Origin: Nanobdellati archaeon
GTDB taxonomy: Archaea > B1Sed10-29 > WALL01
Length of the DNA: 55,213 nt
Reading direction: 5' to 3'
Assembly (NCBI GenBank): GCA_015522845.1
Contig: WALL01000009.1
Span: 1 to 55,213, forward strand
Under the pieces are notes generated by a model, which saw nothing but the letters and a program-made list of their open reading frames with translations, was not told where the DNA came from and searched no databases. This document shows positions 41,336-50,712 of the stretch, piece by piece; position 1 is the stretch's first letter, and every line of letters starts with the position of its first letter. Position numbers and translations under genes: made by a program.

Positions 41336-41832
41336 TTAAACGCCCCTAGTTCATTTTGCAACTATTATTATGCAATATTATTCGGAATTCGAAACACCAC
41401 TCGTGTGGAGTAGTTAGTGCATACTTATTTATAAAGATATTTATTAGGATACCGAACTAAAATATGCATGATACACATACTTTCCAAACCATATGCCTGC
41501 AGAGTGTAGGGAAACCACACTTTTACGCTATTTTATGGCGGAGAAGTATGCGGCCATTACAGCAATTACGAGCTCGCTTACAACCCTTTGCTTCCTCATA
41601 AGCTCGCTGTCCCCTGACCCAAGCTTTGCATTTGCAGCCGCATTTGCGAAGGGGGTGAGGATGAACACCCGCCCAGCCGCCGCCGGAAGCATGTTGTTGT
41701 TGCCCAGGAAGACGAGTATGATGTTCAGCACGAAATAGTATCCCGCCCGGATAGAAGCACTATCCCGTATTTGCTGGTCATGCCAAAAAGCTAACCGGGC
41801 ATTTAATAAAACCCTTTTGTTAAAACACTGGC

Positions 41833-42339
41833 ATGCAAGCAAGGCCAACTAAAGATGAGTACTATCTTGAGATAGCAAAGGCGGTCGGTCTCCGCTCGCC
41901 CTGCCTGCGCAAGAAGTTTGGCGCCATAATTGTCCTTAATGATGCAATTGTCTCAACCGGCTACAACGGACCGCCCCGCGGCGGGGTAAACTGCTATGAC
42001 GTTGGCTGCCTGCGCGAGAAGATGAACCGCCCCCACTACTCAGCCTATGATGACTCCTGCCCTGCAGTGCATGCTGAGGAGAACAGCATCATCAATGCGG
42101 CACGCAACGGCACTAAGGTGATGGGCGGCGTGCTTTACATACAGGGAGTATCCCCAGAAGACGGCTCGCTTGTTGAGTCTAGGCCCTGCCACCGATGCCG
42201 CCGTGCACTAATAAATGCGGGCATTGAAGAGGTGGTTACCCGCAACACTGGCGGAGAGATACTGCACTACAATGTTGCTGAGTGGATACGCGAGGACACC
42301 GAGGAATACATAAGAAAATATAACGAAGTGGCAAAATGA
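41833..42339 (+). CDS. dCMP/CMP deaminase (zinc-dependent)
   Basis: HAEENSIINAA (H-A-E) and PCHRCRRALINAGI (PCxxC). Confidence 0.85.
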   Translation: MQARPTKDEYYLEIAKAVGLRSPCLRKKFGAIIVLNDAIVSTGYNGPPRGGVNCYDVGCLREKMNRPHYSAYDDSCPAVHAEENSIINAARNGTKVMGGVLYIQGVSPEDGSLVESRPCHRCRRALINAGIEEVVTRNTGGEILHYNVAEWIREDTEEYIRKYNEVAK

Positions 42340-42647
42340 AGGTTTTCTTATTTGTGTCCTCGAGGTGCACCCATTGCCCAAAGGCAGAGAAGATGGCAAA
42401 GAGGATGTTCCCTGAATACTATGATAAGGGGCTCTCATTTACGAAGGTGCGCATGAAGACAAGCGAGGGAAAGCACATGGCAAAGGAATACAGCATACGT
42501 GGCACCCCCACATTTATCTTCCTTGATGACAGTGGCAGCTACCTTGACAGGATTGTTGGCGTGCCAAGCGAGGGCACACTCCGCGGTGCGGTTGAGAAGC
42601 ACCTTGGGATTAGGAAATCAATTTTTAGCAAGCTTCTTGGAAAATGA
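42336..42647 (+). CDS. Thioredoxin/glutaredoxin-fold protein (CxxC)
   Basis: MKVFLFVSSRCTHCPKAEKMAK...IRGTPTFIFLD. ATGA overlap with the deaminase gene. Confidence 0.7.
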   Translation: MKVFLFVSSRCTHCPKAEKMAKRMFPEYYDKGLSFTKVRMKTSEGKHMAKEYSIRGTPTFIFLDDSGSYLDRIVGVPSEGTLRGAVEKHLGIRKSIFSKLLGK

Positions 42648-42675
42648 TTTAAACCCCAAAAGACAATATTATTGC

Positions 42676-42966
42676 ATGCCGGAGAAAGAGCCGCTTCTCC
42701 GCCGCCTTAGGAAATGGATGGCCAACGGCGTGAAGAGGCGCAAGCGCTATGAGATTGAGAACCACATGGGGCCTTCAAGGGATGCACTTAGGGACGAGGG
42801 CTTTGCCCCTGAGGAGGTGGGGGCACTTGAGCAGCACTACTTTGAGCACCCTGAAGAGCTCGAGGAGTTCCCTATCTTTTGGGCGCAGGTGGGCAGGGAG
42901 CGCGAGGCCTCAGTCCTAAAATTTAAGGAACTGCTGAAGAAGATAGGCGCTTCAGAAAAGAGGTAA
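42676..42966 (+). CDS. Hypothetical acidic/basic small protein
   Basis: From the ATG at 42676: MPEKEPLLRRLRKWMANGVKRRKRYEIENH... The upstream part of the track ORF overlaps the thioredoxin gene in another frame. Confidence 0.4.
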   Translation: MPEKEPLLRRLRKWMANGVKRRKRYEIENHMGPSRDALRDEGFAPEEVGALEQHYFEHPEELEEFPIFWAQVGREREASVLKFKELLKKIGASEKR

Positions 42967-43082
42967 CTGCTGCTGTAGCCAAATAGTGAGGGTGCGGGGG
43001 AGAGGAGATCACACCCTCACAGGGCTGGCTCTTCGTGCATGGCACCAAGAAAAGCCCCGCTATATTCCCCCTGAATCCCTAT

Positions 43083-45038
43083 TTATTCTTTTCGCTTTAA
43101 GGTAAATGCCAAGGCACCCTTCCTTAAGAGCTCGTAGGCCTTGCTGCTTGGGCTCTCATAGCTGCTTATGTCCAGTTTTGCAGCCCCCTGGCAGTAGTGC
43201 TGGAGCCGGATTTCACTTTCAGCCCATGCGCCCTCGTCAGCAAGGCGGTGGGTAAAGCCATGGGATGGGTAAACCTCCTTAACGCCAAACCGCCTCTCGT
43301 TCATCTTTGAAAGCCGGGCGGAGGCTGCAGCAGCATCAAGGTTCCCAAACAAGAAATACCCCCCCTCACTGTTGTATTTTTCAAGCTTGTCCTTTGCGTA
43401 GGCAAGCACCCTCTCGGCAAACTTGAATGCTGACGTGCTCTTGTTTATCTCCTCGCCAGTGTAGTCTGCTACGGCATTGTCAAGCCCTAGCACGCTTATA
43501 ACCGCTGGCGCGCTATCCAGCGAATAGTACTCGTTCCCCCCAGACTTTTGGGATAGGAAGGGGAGTATCCTATCCTTGTGCAGGCGCGCTTCAATTATCT
43601 TCCTCTTCTCATCAACGGCCTTTTTTGAAAGCTCAAGCGCATGGTCAAACTCGCTAAAGAAGTCTGCATCATCCTTGGCAGAAAGGCCTATGGCAGGCAA
43701 GTTCAGCGTTACCTCCTGCAGCACCCCAGTCCTTAGCGTTGTAAACCACTTGCCATTCCGTGGGGACAGCATGTGGTTCGGGGAGACGGCGTTCATATTC
43801 TGCCCATGCCCGCGAAGGTTCAGCACAACAAGGTCGTTCTTTTCCAGGAATTGCGGGAGCACTTTTTCAGTGCTTAGCGGGATAGACCCCCCCCGCACTT
43901 TCAGCACTACCATTGGTGTTGTGAATGCCCTGCCATTGTAGTCGCCGGCAGCCATTGTCTCAAAGAAAAGGTTAAGGAAGCGGATGCTCTCACGCTCAAA
44001 GTCGTAGTAGCTGTCCTGGCCAGTGATGCCCTTTGGCAGTATTGCCCGCTCCTTCTTTAGGAAGGGAGGGGTCTCCAGCTCAAAGTTGAGGGTTGACTGT
44101 GCAAGGCTGCCGCCGCGCACAGAATATATTTGGTTTAGCTCGTAAAGGAAAGTTTGTATTGCCTGCCTGATTTCCTTATCCGATAGGCCAATGGTGTATG
44201 GCGCCATGAAGGTGTTAAAGAAGTCGAAGGACTGCCCCCCGCTAAGGTGCGTTTCCCCAGAAAGCATGACACGTATTGCGTGTGATATTGCGACCGCCGC
44301 GTGCTTTGCTGGGCCTGCAACCGTGGCCTTCCCAAGCCCGTCAGTGGCAACGCCGTTCTGCAGGAACCAGCGGAGGTCGTTTTGCAGGCTTACGGGCCTC
44401 GTTGCAAAATAGGGCAGGTCATGGATATGGATGACCCCACTAAGGTGGGCCTTTGAGACATCCTCAGGCAGCAGCTTTACCAGCGCATATTCCCCAGCAA
44501 CGGTATCGCCAAACTTCTTGTGCAGCGCCTCAGGGTTTGGGGTGCCTGGCGTTTGTATTATCCTTGTAACGTCGTAAATTGGCAGGCCAAGCCGGGTGTA
44601 TTCGGTCTTTGCCTGCATATACCTCCTTTCAAGGAGCTTTGAGCTCACCATCTCGCGTATGAGCGGTGCAGATATGTACCTTAGCTCAAGGCGGCGGATA
44701 TCACCCTCAACCTCGCTTGCTATTTCAGCACACGTGTTTTGCGGGAGGGTGGTCTCCTTCATCAGCGACTCAGCTATCTTCTGCTTCTTAAATGACTCAA
44801 GCATGCCGTCGCTCGTGCGCACATAAATCCTGTGGTAGTTCTCAAACAGCCTTGCTGCCTGCTCGTCCCTTTTCTGGAGCTCCTTTACAACAAGGTCGTT
44901 CAGCTCCTCGTCAGTGATATCACTGCCCACCTTTGGCTGCAGTGCAAGCGCTACCTCGCTGGCGAGCCAGAAGCTGATGCCCGCCTTTTTGCACTTGTCT
45001 TCAATGACCTTTGGGTTGAAGTTCGAACCAGAAGCCAC
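43083..45038 (-). CDS. NrdD-like protein with an ATP-cone but without catalytic cysteines, Zn site or glycyl-radical motif
   Basis: It aligns with the nrdD at 39380 (HIHDLPYF versus HIHDLSYG; GDYNGRAFTTPMVVLKV versus GDANGRIFTFPIPTYNI; EVTLNLPAIGL versus VVTINMSRLGY). However, GYCAGW is replaced by TRPVSL and MCCRL by VVLNL. ATP-cone: IYVRTSDGMLESFKKQKIAESL... Confidence 0.7.
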   Translation of the reverse strand: MASGSNFNPKVIEDKCKKAGISFWLASEVALALQPKVGSDITDEELNDLVVKELQKRDEQAARLFENYHRIYVRTSDGMLESFKKQKIAESLMKETTLPQNTCAEIASEVEGDIRRLELRYISAPLIREMVSSKLLERRYMQAKTEYTRLGLPIYDVTRIIQTPGTPNPEALHKKFGDTVAGEYALVKLLPEDVSKAHLSGVIHIHDLPYFATRPVSLQNDLRWFLQNGVATDGLGKATVAGPAKHAAVAISHAIRVMLSGETHLSGGQSFDFFNTFMAPYTIGLSDKEIRQAIQTFLYELNQIYSVRGGSLAQSTLNFELETPPFLKKERAILPKGITGQDSYYDFERESIRFLNLFFETMAAGDYNGRAFTTPMVVLKVRGGSIPLSTEKVLPQFLEKNDLVVLNLRGHGQNMNAVSPNHMLSPRNGKWFTTLRTGVLQEVTLNLPAIGLSAKDDADFFSEFDHALELSKKAVDEKRKIIEARLHKDRILPFLSQKSGGNEYYSLDSAPAVISVLGLDNAVADYTGEEINKSTSAFKFAERVLAYAKDKLEKYNSEGGYFLFGNLDAAAASARLSKMNERRFGVKEVYPSHGFTHRLADEGAWAESEIRLQHYCQGAAKLDISSYESPSSKAYELLRKGALAFTLKRKE

Positions 45039-45115
45039 GCTATCAGCCTCTTTTTTATATTCCCAAGTTTATAACAGTTAAGCAGGGGTTAGCTTTCCTA
45101 ACCGCGGGTGTTCGC

Positions 45116-45556
45116 TTGGATATTGACGAGATAGATGCAAAGATACTTGAGCTGCTGGCAGCTAACGCTAGGATGAGCTACTCCGACATAGCCCGGCACT
45201 TTGGGTTTTCAGATGTTGCAATACGCAAGCGCGTCGAGAAGCTTACCGAGAGGGGGATAATCAAGCGGTTTACCATAGTTACTGACAGCAAGAAGCTTGG
45301 GAAGAACGTGACTGCATTCATCTTCTTTAACACTCGCTCTGATAAGACAAACGAGATAGCTGAGCAGCTCCTCAGCCTGGATGGCGTTGAGGAGGTGTAT
45401 ATCTCACTAGGCGTCTACGACATCATTGCAAAGGTGCATTGCAACGACGTTGTTGCGCTGAAGGAGCTGACAGAAAAGAAGCTTAACGACATAAACGGCA
45501 TAATCGAGGTTCGGCCATCGATTGTCTTTACTGAGGTTCAGAAGAATGGGCCTTGA
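45116..45556 (+). CDS. Lrp/AsnC-family transcriptional regulator
   Basis: HTH IDAKILELLAANARMSYSDIARHFGFSDVAIRKRVEKLTERGII plus a RAM domain. TTG start. Confidence 0.85.
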   Translation: MDIDEIDAKILELLAANARMSYSDIARHFGFSDVAIRKRVEKLTERGIIKRFTIVTDSKKLGKNVTAFIFFNTRSDKTNEIAEQLLSLDGVEEVYISLGVYDIIAKVHCNDVVALKELTEKKLNDINGIIEVRPSIVFTEVQKNGP

Positions 45557-46079
45557 GGTTGAGCTAAAGGCGCCAGCGCCGCGCGGCATTGTAGCGAGGC
45601 TGCGGGCTGCAGGTGCAATAAAGCAGTTATCCGCAACCAACATTGATACTTTTTACGACCTGCCTGGGGAGCCGCTGCGGGGGAGGGGCGAGACGCTCCG
45701 GCTGCGCAGGCAAGGGAAAAAGCTAATCCTCACCTATAAGTCCAGCTCTAAGTCAAAGCGGGCCAAGGCAAAGGAGGAGACCGAGCTTACAGTATCGCCA
45801 GCAATAAGGGCCTTACTGGCAGGGCTTGGCTACAGGGAGACCTTTAAGAAGGAGACAAGGCGCGAGGAATACAGGCTTGGCGGGGTTACGGTATGCGTTG
45901 ACCATGTAAAGGGCCTTGGCAGCTGGGTGGAGTTTGAGGCCTTTGGCCCGGTGGCGGCCTCGCGCAAGAGGATAGTCCAGACCGCCGGTAAGGTTGGCAT
46001 CCCTGAAGGCAAGCTTATCAGCGCATCTTATGTGGCGCTGCTTAGGGAAAAGCTAAAGAAGAAGAAAAGGAGGAAATAA
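45546..46079 (+). CDS. CYTH-domain protein (class IV adenylyl cyclase / triphosphate tunnel metalloenzyme)
   Basis: N-terminal MGLEVELK is the ExExK signature, and the length is about 175 aa. Confidence 0.75.
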   Translation: MGLEVELKAPAPRGIVARLRAAGAIKQLSATNIDTFYDLPGEPLRGRGETLRLRRQGKKLILTYKSSSKSKRAKAKEETELTVSPAIRALLAGLGYRETFKKETRREEYRLGGVTVCVDHVKGLGSWVEFEAFGPVAASRKRIVQTAGKVGIPEGKLISASYVALLREKLKKKKRRK

Positions 46080-46082
46080 GAT

Positions 46083-46868
46083 ATGCGAAGGCTCGTTGCA
46101 CTGCTAGTCCTAATTGCGTCGGTATCGGCAACAATCCAGCTTGTTACACCAAAGCACATAGCGCTGGAGCCGCTCGGCACGCTTGAGATCTCCCCGGTTG
46201 GGCCTGGCCATGACATAGTGCTAAAGTTCCAGCGGAAGGTTGGGGGCTATGTTTGGGACAGCGTCCGCATCATAAACACTATTGACCCTGATTGGCAGAC
46301 AGCCAGCTACAGCGACTATAAGTACATATACTACAAAATTCACGTCCCGCCAAACAAGCCATCTGGCAGGTACACATTCCAATTTGAGATAAGGGACAAC
46401 GAGGGGCTGGAGGACCCTGAGACTGCAGTTGCCCAGGTGGTAGTAACACACAATCAGGATGAGCTGCTTGAGGTGCTTCCAATGCCCGCCTCCGCAACAG
46501 GATATGCTGCAGAGAACTTTTCGGTGGGGTTCAAGCTGCATAACAAGGCCCTTTCCCAGGCAAGCTATGAGGTAACCTCATGGGTAAAGGAGCTGCCGTC
46601 GCTTGGCAACACCACCATTGCCCACCGCTTTATGGGCGGCGAGGCCAGCAGCGTGAGCGTTCCAGTGGCAATCCCAGAGGAGGGGCACTATACGCTTGTT
46701 GCGCATGTGTGGAGCAAGGACAACCCAACCATAAGCAAGACCGTGTCCACGCACCTGCTGATAAGGCCAACCTTCCGCTCAAAGCTCCGCAGCATTGGCG
46801 AAGGCTTTCCGCTTGTGCCCCTGACGATGGCGCCGTTCTATGCGCTGCTAGGCGTGTTTGGCTGGTAG
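46083..46868 (+). CDS. Secreted protein with a C-terminal hydrophobic anchor, hypothetical
   Basis: Signal peptide MRRLVALLVLIASVSA, a beta-rich body, and the C-terminal segment MAPFYALLGVFGW. Confidence 0.5.
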   Translation: MRRLVALLVLIASVSATIQLVTPKHIALEPLGTLEISPVGPGHDIVLKFQRKVGGYVWDSVRIINTIDPDWQTASYSDYKYIYYKIHVPPNKPSGRYTFQFEIRDNEGLEDPETAVAQVVVTHNQDELLEVLPMPASATGYAAENFSVGFKLHNKALSQASYEVTSWVKELPSLGNTTIAHRFMGGEASSVSVPVAIPEEGHYTLVAHVWSKDNPTISKTVSTHLLIRPTFRSKLRSIGEGFPLVPLTMAPFYALLGVFGW

Positions 46869-46872
46869 TGCT

Positions 46873-48342
46873 ATGGGATTTTATTCCGATATAATATCCG
46901 AGATTGAGCAAGGCAAAATAACAACCCGCTTACAGCTTGAGAAAAGGAAGAAGCAGCTTTGCAAGAGGTATGGCATTTCAAAAATCCCAACCAATGCCGA
47001 CATACTATCCCGTGCAGACAGCGAGTTGCCCCTGCTAATAACCAAGCCAACGCGCTCACTCTCAGGGGTATCAGTTGTTGCAGTCATGACCAAGCCACAG
47101 CCTTGCCCTGGCAAGTGCATTTATTGCCCCCGGGGCAAGGCAGCACAGAGCTATACTGGCTACGAGCCAGCAGCAATGCGCGCAAGGCAGAATAATTTTG
47201 ACCCTTACCTGCAGGTAGCAAGCAGGCTGAAGCAGCTCACAGATGCGGGCCACCCAACCGATAAGATAGAAGTGATTGTGATGGGCGCCACGTTCACCGC
47301 CATGCCAGTTAGCTATCAGGAGCAGTTTGTGCTTGGCATATTCAACGCCCTAAACGGGGCAAAGTCCCAAGCGATTGCCGATGCCCAGCACGCAAATGAG
47401 ACAGCAAAGCACCGCTGTGTTGGCCTAACCTTTGAGGTCCGGCCCGACTATTGCAGCGCGGAAGACATTGCCCGGATGCTCTCTTACGGTGCAACTCGCG
47501 TTGAGCTTGGCGTGCAAACGGTCTTTGATAGCATTTATAAGAAGGTGCAGCGCGGGCACACCGTGAAGGACGTTGCCGACGCAACCAAGCGCCTTAAGGA
47601 TGCTGGGCTAAAAGTTTGCTACCACCTTATGCCCGGCCTGCCTGGCTCTTCCGTGAAGAAGGACCTCGAGATGTTCCGCATCGTCTTTGAGGATGAGCGC
47701 TTTAAGCCAGACATGATAAAAATATACCCGTGCCTCCTTGCAAAGCGGGAGTTTTACGACAATGACATAGTGCACTCGATGTACCGCAGCGGCGAGTGGA
47801 AGCCCCTAGGCAACGAGGAAGCTGCTTTGCTCATAGCCGAGGCAAAGAAGTATTTCCCCTATTGGGTGCGCGTTATGCGCATACAGCGTGATATTCCCGC
47901 ACCATATATAGAGGCAGGGGTAACCGCAGGGAACCTAAGGCAGCTGGCCCATGAGATAAACCCGCACTGTAACTGCATACGCTGCCGTGAGATAGGCCGA
48001 GTTGATGAGACGCGCAAGCCAAAGCTTGTCCGCCGCGAATACCGCGCAAGCGGCGGCACTGAGATATTCTTTTCCTACGAGACAAGCAAGGCCTTGTTTG
48101 GCTTCATCCGGCTGCGGAAGGCAAGCCAAAACTTTATCCGCGAGCTGCATGTTTATGGCCCAGAGGTGCCAATTGGCGGCAAGGGGAAGGTGCAGCACAC
48201 AGGCATAGGAAGGGCGCTCCTTGCTGCCGCAGAAAGTGAGTGCACGGGGAAGCTTTACATCATTGCCGGCATTGGAGTGCGTGAGTATTACCGCTCACTT
48301 GGCTATTCCCTGGAAGCGCCCTACATGGTGAAGTATTTATAA
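46873..48342 (+). CDS. elp3: Elp3-type radical SAM/GNAT tRNA modification enzyme
   Basis: The radical-SAM cysteines in QPCPGKCIYCP, and a C-terminal GNAT with HTGIGRALLAAAE. Confidence 0.85.
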   Translation: MGFYSDIISEIEQGKITTRLQLEKRKKQLCKRYGISKIPTNADILSRADSELPLLITKPTRSLSGVSVVAVMTKPQPCPGKCIYCPRGKAAQSYTGYEPAAMRARQNNFDPYLQVASRLKQLTDAGHPTDKIEVIVMGATFTAMPVSYQEQFVLGIFNALNGAKSQAIADAQHANETAKHRCVGLTFEVRPDYCSAEDIARMLSYGATRVELGVQTVFDSIYKKVQRGHTVKDVADATKRLKDAGLKVCYHLMPGLPGSSVKKDLEMFRIVFEDERFKPDMIKIYPCLLAKREFYDNDIVHSMYRSGEWKPLGNEEAALLIAEAKKYFPYWVRVMRIQRDIPAPYIEAGVTAGNLRQLAHEINPHCNCIRCREIGRVDETRKPKLVRREYRASGGTEIFFSYETSKALFGFIRLRKASQNFIRELHVYGPEVPIGGKGKVQHTGIGRALLAAAESECTGKLYIIAGIGVREYYRSLGYSLEAPYMVKYL

Positions 48343-48364
48343 TCCCTCTGCCCTAAATGCAGCT

Positions 48365-48556
48365 ATGCAGCCAACTAAGTCGCAGCTTGACACGCTTGAG
48401 GCATACTTGTGCACCCTTGTTTCCGCGGGCAAGGCGGAATTGCTTAGGCGCAAGTTTGAGAAGTCAGATGGGAATAAGTCAGATGAGGCAATAAGGCTCT
48501 TCGAGACGCGGAGCCATGTCCGGCTGCAGGATATTGAGCGCTTGGTGGGAAGCTAA
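48365..48556 (+). CDS. Hypothetical small protein
   Basis: A 63-aa ORF whose stop overlaps the next start (TAATG). No recognisable motif. Confidence 0.35.
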   Translation: MQPTKSQLDTLEAYLCTLVSAGKAELLRRKFEKSDGNKSDEAIRLFETRSHVRLQDIERLVGS

Positions 48557-48831
48557 TGGCATACTGCAGCATCTGCAAGGCAGAGGGGAAAAAGGTGCCT
48601 GCGGTAATGTTCTGTGCCAACTGCGGAAAGCCAATTTGCGCTGCGCATGTTGTGCATGGCCGCTACTGCTCTGAGGAGTGCTACCGCGAACATCAGCTTA
48701 AGGAGCTTGACAAGGTGAAGCCAATAGCCCATGCCAGCAGGCCAAGCTATTGGCTTTGGGCTGCTGGCGTAGCCATATTCTTGCTTGCCTTTGCCATTAC
48801 ATACCTGCTCCTGCCTTATCTGGGGGTTTAG
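48556..48831 (+). CDS. Cys-rich zinc-finger protein with a C-terminal TM anchor
   Basis: CSICKAEGKKVPAVMFCANCGKPICAAHVVHGRYCSEEC followed by WLWAAGVAIFLLAFAITYLLL. Confidence 0.5.
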   Translation: MAYCSICKAEGKKVPAVMFCANCGKPICAAHVVHGRYCSEECYREHQLKELDKVKPIAHASRPSYWLWAAGVAIFLLAFAITYLLLPYLGV

Positions 48832-48832
48832 C

Positions 48833-50518
48833 ATGAGGATAGTGGCACTGCATTCAAACTTTATTGAGTTCGAGCCCAAGAAGAGGGCGGTAGAGGCAGC
48901 TGAAGACATTAGGATGGCCAGCAAGCGCATCGAGGGCTGCCTTGTTGTCTTAACGGCGATAGAGAAGCAAGACGAGCAGGGCATTGGGAGCGTTGTAAGC
49001 CAGGCAGCAGAGAGCATACGCAAGATTGCATTGCAGCTAAAGGTGGATAAGGTTGTAATATACCCTTGGGTGCACCTGACACACGATCCCTCCTCGCCGG
49101 GCAGTGCAAAGCTGGCCCTATCAATGCTTGAGGACGAGCTGTCGGGCAGCCTTACTACAAGCCATGCGCCCTTTGGGTGGTATAAGGCATTCACACTTTC
49201 AGTGAAGGGGCACCCGCTAGCAGAGCTGTCCCGCCAGTTCTCCCCAAAGGGAAAGCCAAAAGAGTTTGACTACAGGAAGGCACTTAACTCAATCACCAAG
49301 GCAACACTTGACAGCTCCAAGCTAAAGGGGAACGACCATCGCATCATAGGCCAGAACCTCGACCTATTCAGCTTTTACAATGTTGCGCCGGGGATGGTGT
49401 TCTGGCACCCAAAAGGGCTTGCCATATGGAATGAGCTCGTGCGTTACTGGCGCGAGGAGCACAGGAAGGCAGGCTACCAGGAAGTATCCACCCCCCAAGT
49501 TATGGATACCCTGCTTTGGAAGGTATCAGGGCACTGGGACCACTACCGTGAGAATATATTCCTTACCGAGTACGAAGGGAGGAAGTTTGCAGTCAAGCCA
49601 ATGAACTGCCCTGGAGGGATACTTATCTTTAAGAGCAGGCCGCGCAGCTACCGCGAGCTGCCCATGCGTATCTCGGAGCTGGGGGTGGTGCACCGCCTTG
49701 AGCTGTCTGGTGTGCTTTCCGGGCTATTCCGCGTGGTAAAGTTTACACAGGACGATGCACACATCTACTGCACTGAAAGCCAGCTTGAGGGCGAGATAGC
49801 GGGCGTGATAGCGCTTACTGAGAAGATTTACAGGAAATTTGGGTTTGAATATTCGCTTGAGCTCTCAACAAGGCCAGAGAAGGCAATGGGCAGCAAGGCG
49901 CTTTGGGACAAGGCAGAGAGCGCCCTCCGCAATGTGCTTGACAAGCAAAAGCTGCCCTACAAGGTCAATGAGGGCGACGGCGCATTTTACGGCCCTAAGA
50001 TAGACTTCCATATAACTGACTCGCTTGGCAGGTCTTGGCAGCTTGGGACAATACAGCTTGACTTCCAGATGCCCGAGCGCTTTGACATTACATATGCTGG
50101 CGAAGACGGGAAGCTGCACAGGCCAATAATGCTTCACCGCGCCATATACGGCTCCCTCGAGCGCTTCATAGGCATACTCCTAGAGCACTGGAACGGCAAC
50201 CTTCCACCCTGGCTAGCGCCAGTACAGGCAAAGGTCCTCTCCTTTAGCGGGAAGAACGACGCTGCAGCAGCCAGCATATCCCAAAAGCTGTTTAGCATGG
50301 GCTACCGCACGGAGCTTGACACCAGGCCAGCAACAATACAGTCGAAGATAAGGGATGCCGAGATGCAGAAAGTCCCTTACATCATTGTCATCGGGGACAA
50401 GGAGGAGAAAAGCGGCACCCTTGCAGTTAGGAGGCACGGCGAGAAAAAGGCGCGCTTTGGCATTAGCTTTAGCGACTTTGAAGCCCAGCTAGCAAGGGAA
50501 GTTTCAGAAAGGGTATAG
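48833..50518 (+). CDS. thrS: Threonyl-tRNA synthetase with an archaeal-type N-terminal editing domain
   Basis: MRIVALHSNFIEFEPKK... is the DTD-like editing domain. The class II core is FWHPKG, MNCPG, HRLELSG and HRAIYGS, followed by an anticodon-binding domain. Confidence 0.9.
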   Translation: MRIVALHSNFIEFEPKKRAVEAAEDIRMASKRIEGCLVVLTAIEKQDEQGIGSVVSQAAESIRKIALQLKVDKVVIYPWVHLTHDPSSPGSAKLALSMLEDELSGSLTTSHAPFGWYKAFTLSVKGHPLAELSRQFSPKGKPKEFDYRKALNSITKATLDSSKLKGNDHRIIGQNLDLFSFYNVAPGMVFWHPKGLAIWNELVRYWREEHRKAGYQEVSTPQVMDTLLWKVSGHWDHYRENIFLTEYEGRKFAVKPMNCPGGILIFKSRPRSYRELPMRISELGVVHRLELSGVLSGLFRVVKFTQDDAHIYCTESQLEGEIAGVIALTEKIYRKFGFEYSLELSTRPEKAMGSKALWDKAESALRNVLDKQKLPYKVNEGDGAFYGPKIDFHITDSLGRSWQLGTIQLDFQMPERFDITYAGEDGKLHRPIMLHRAIYGSLERFIGILLEHWNGNLPPWLAPVQAKVLSFSGKNDAAAASISQKLFSMGYRTELDTRPATIQSKIRDAEMQKVPYIIVIGDKEEKSGTLAVRRHGEKKARFGISFSDFEAQLAREVSERV

Positions 50519-50712
50519 CTTTTTAAGTATGCAGTTTCTCTTTTAATTGTGAAGAACCTGCTTGCCCAGTGGGCAGTCATCATTGCCGCCGCCGGCGTAG
50601 CGCTATTTGTTATGGTGGTGGTAGTATTCTTTGCTAAAATTGCCCTTGGCATGCTGCTAGGGTAACTATTTAAATGCCCAGCCCATTATTGGTTTGGTGT
50701 AGCGTGAGGCAT

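Noticed and set aside
41493-41848. Two mutually antisense ORFs (81 aa + and 106 aa -) in the nrdD/deaminase spacer
   Set aside because: Neither has a convincing start context, motif or composition, and the minus one overlaps the deaminase start. They are left as an open question in the findings.
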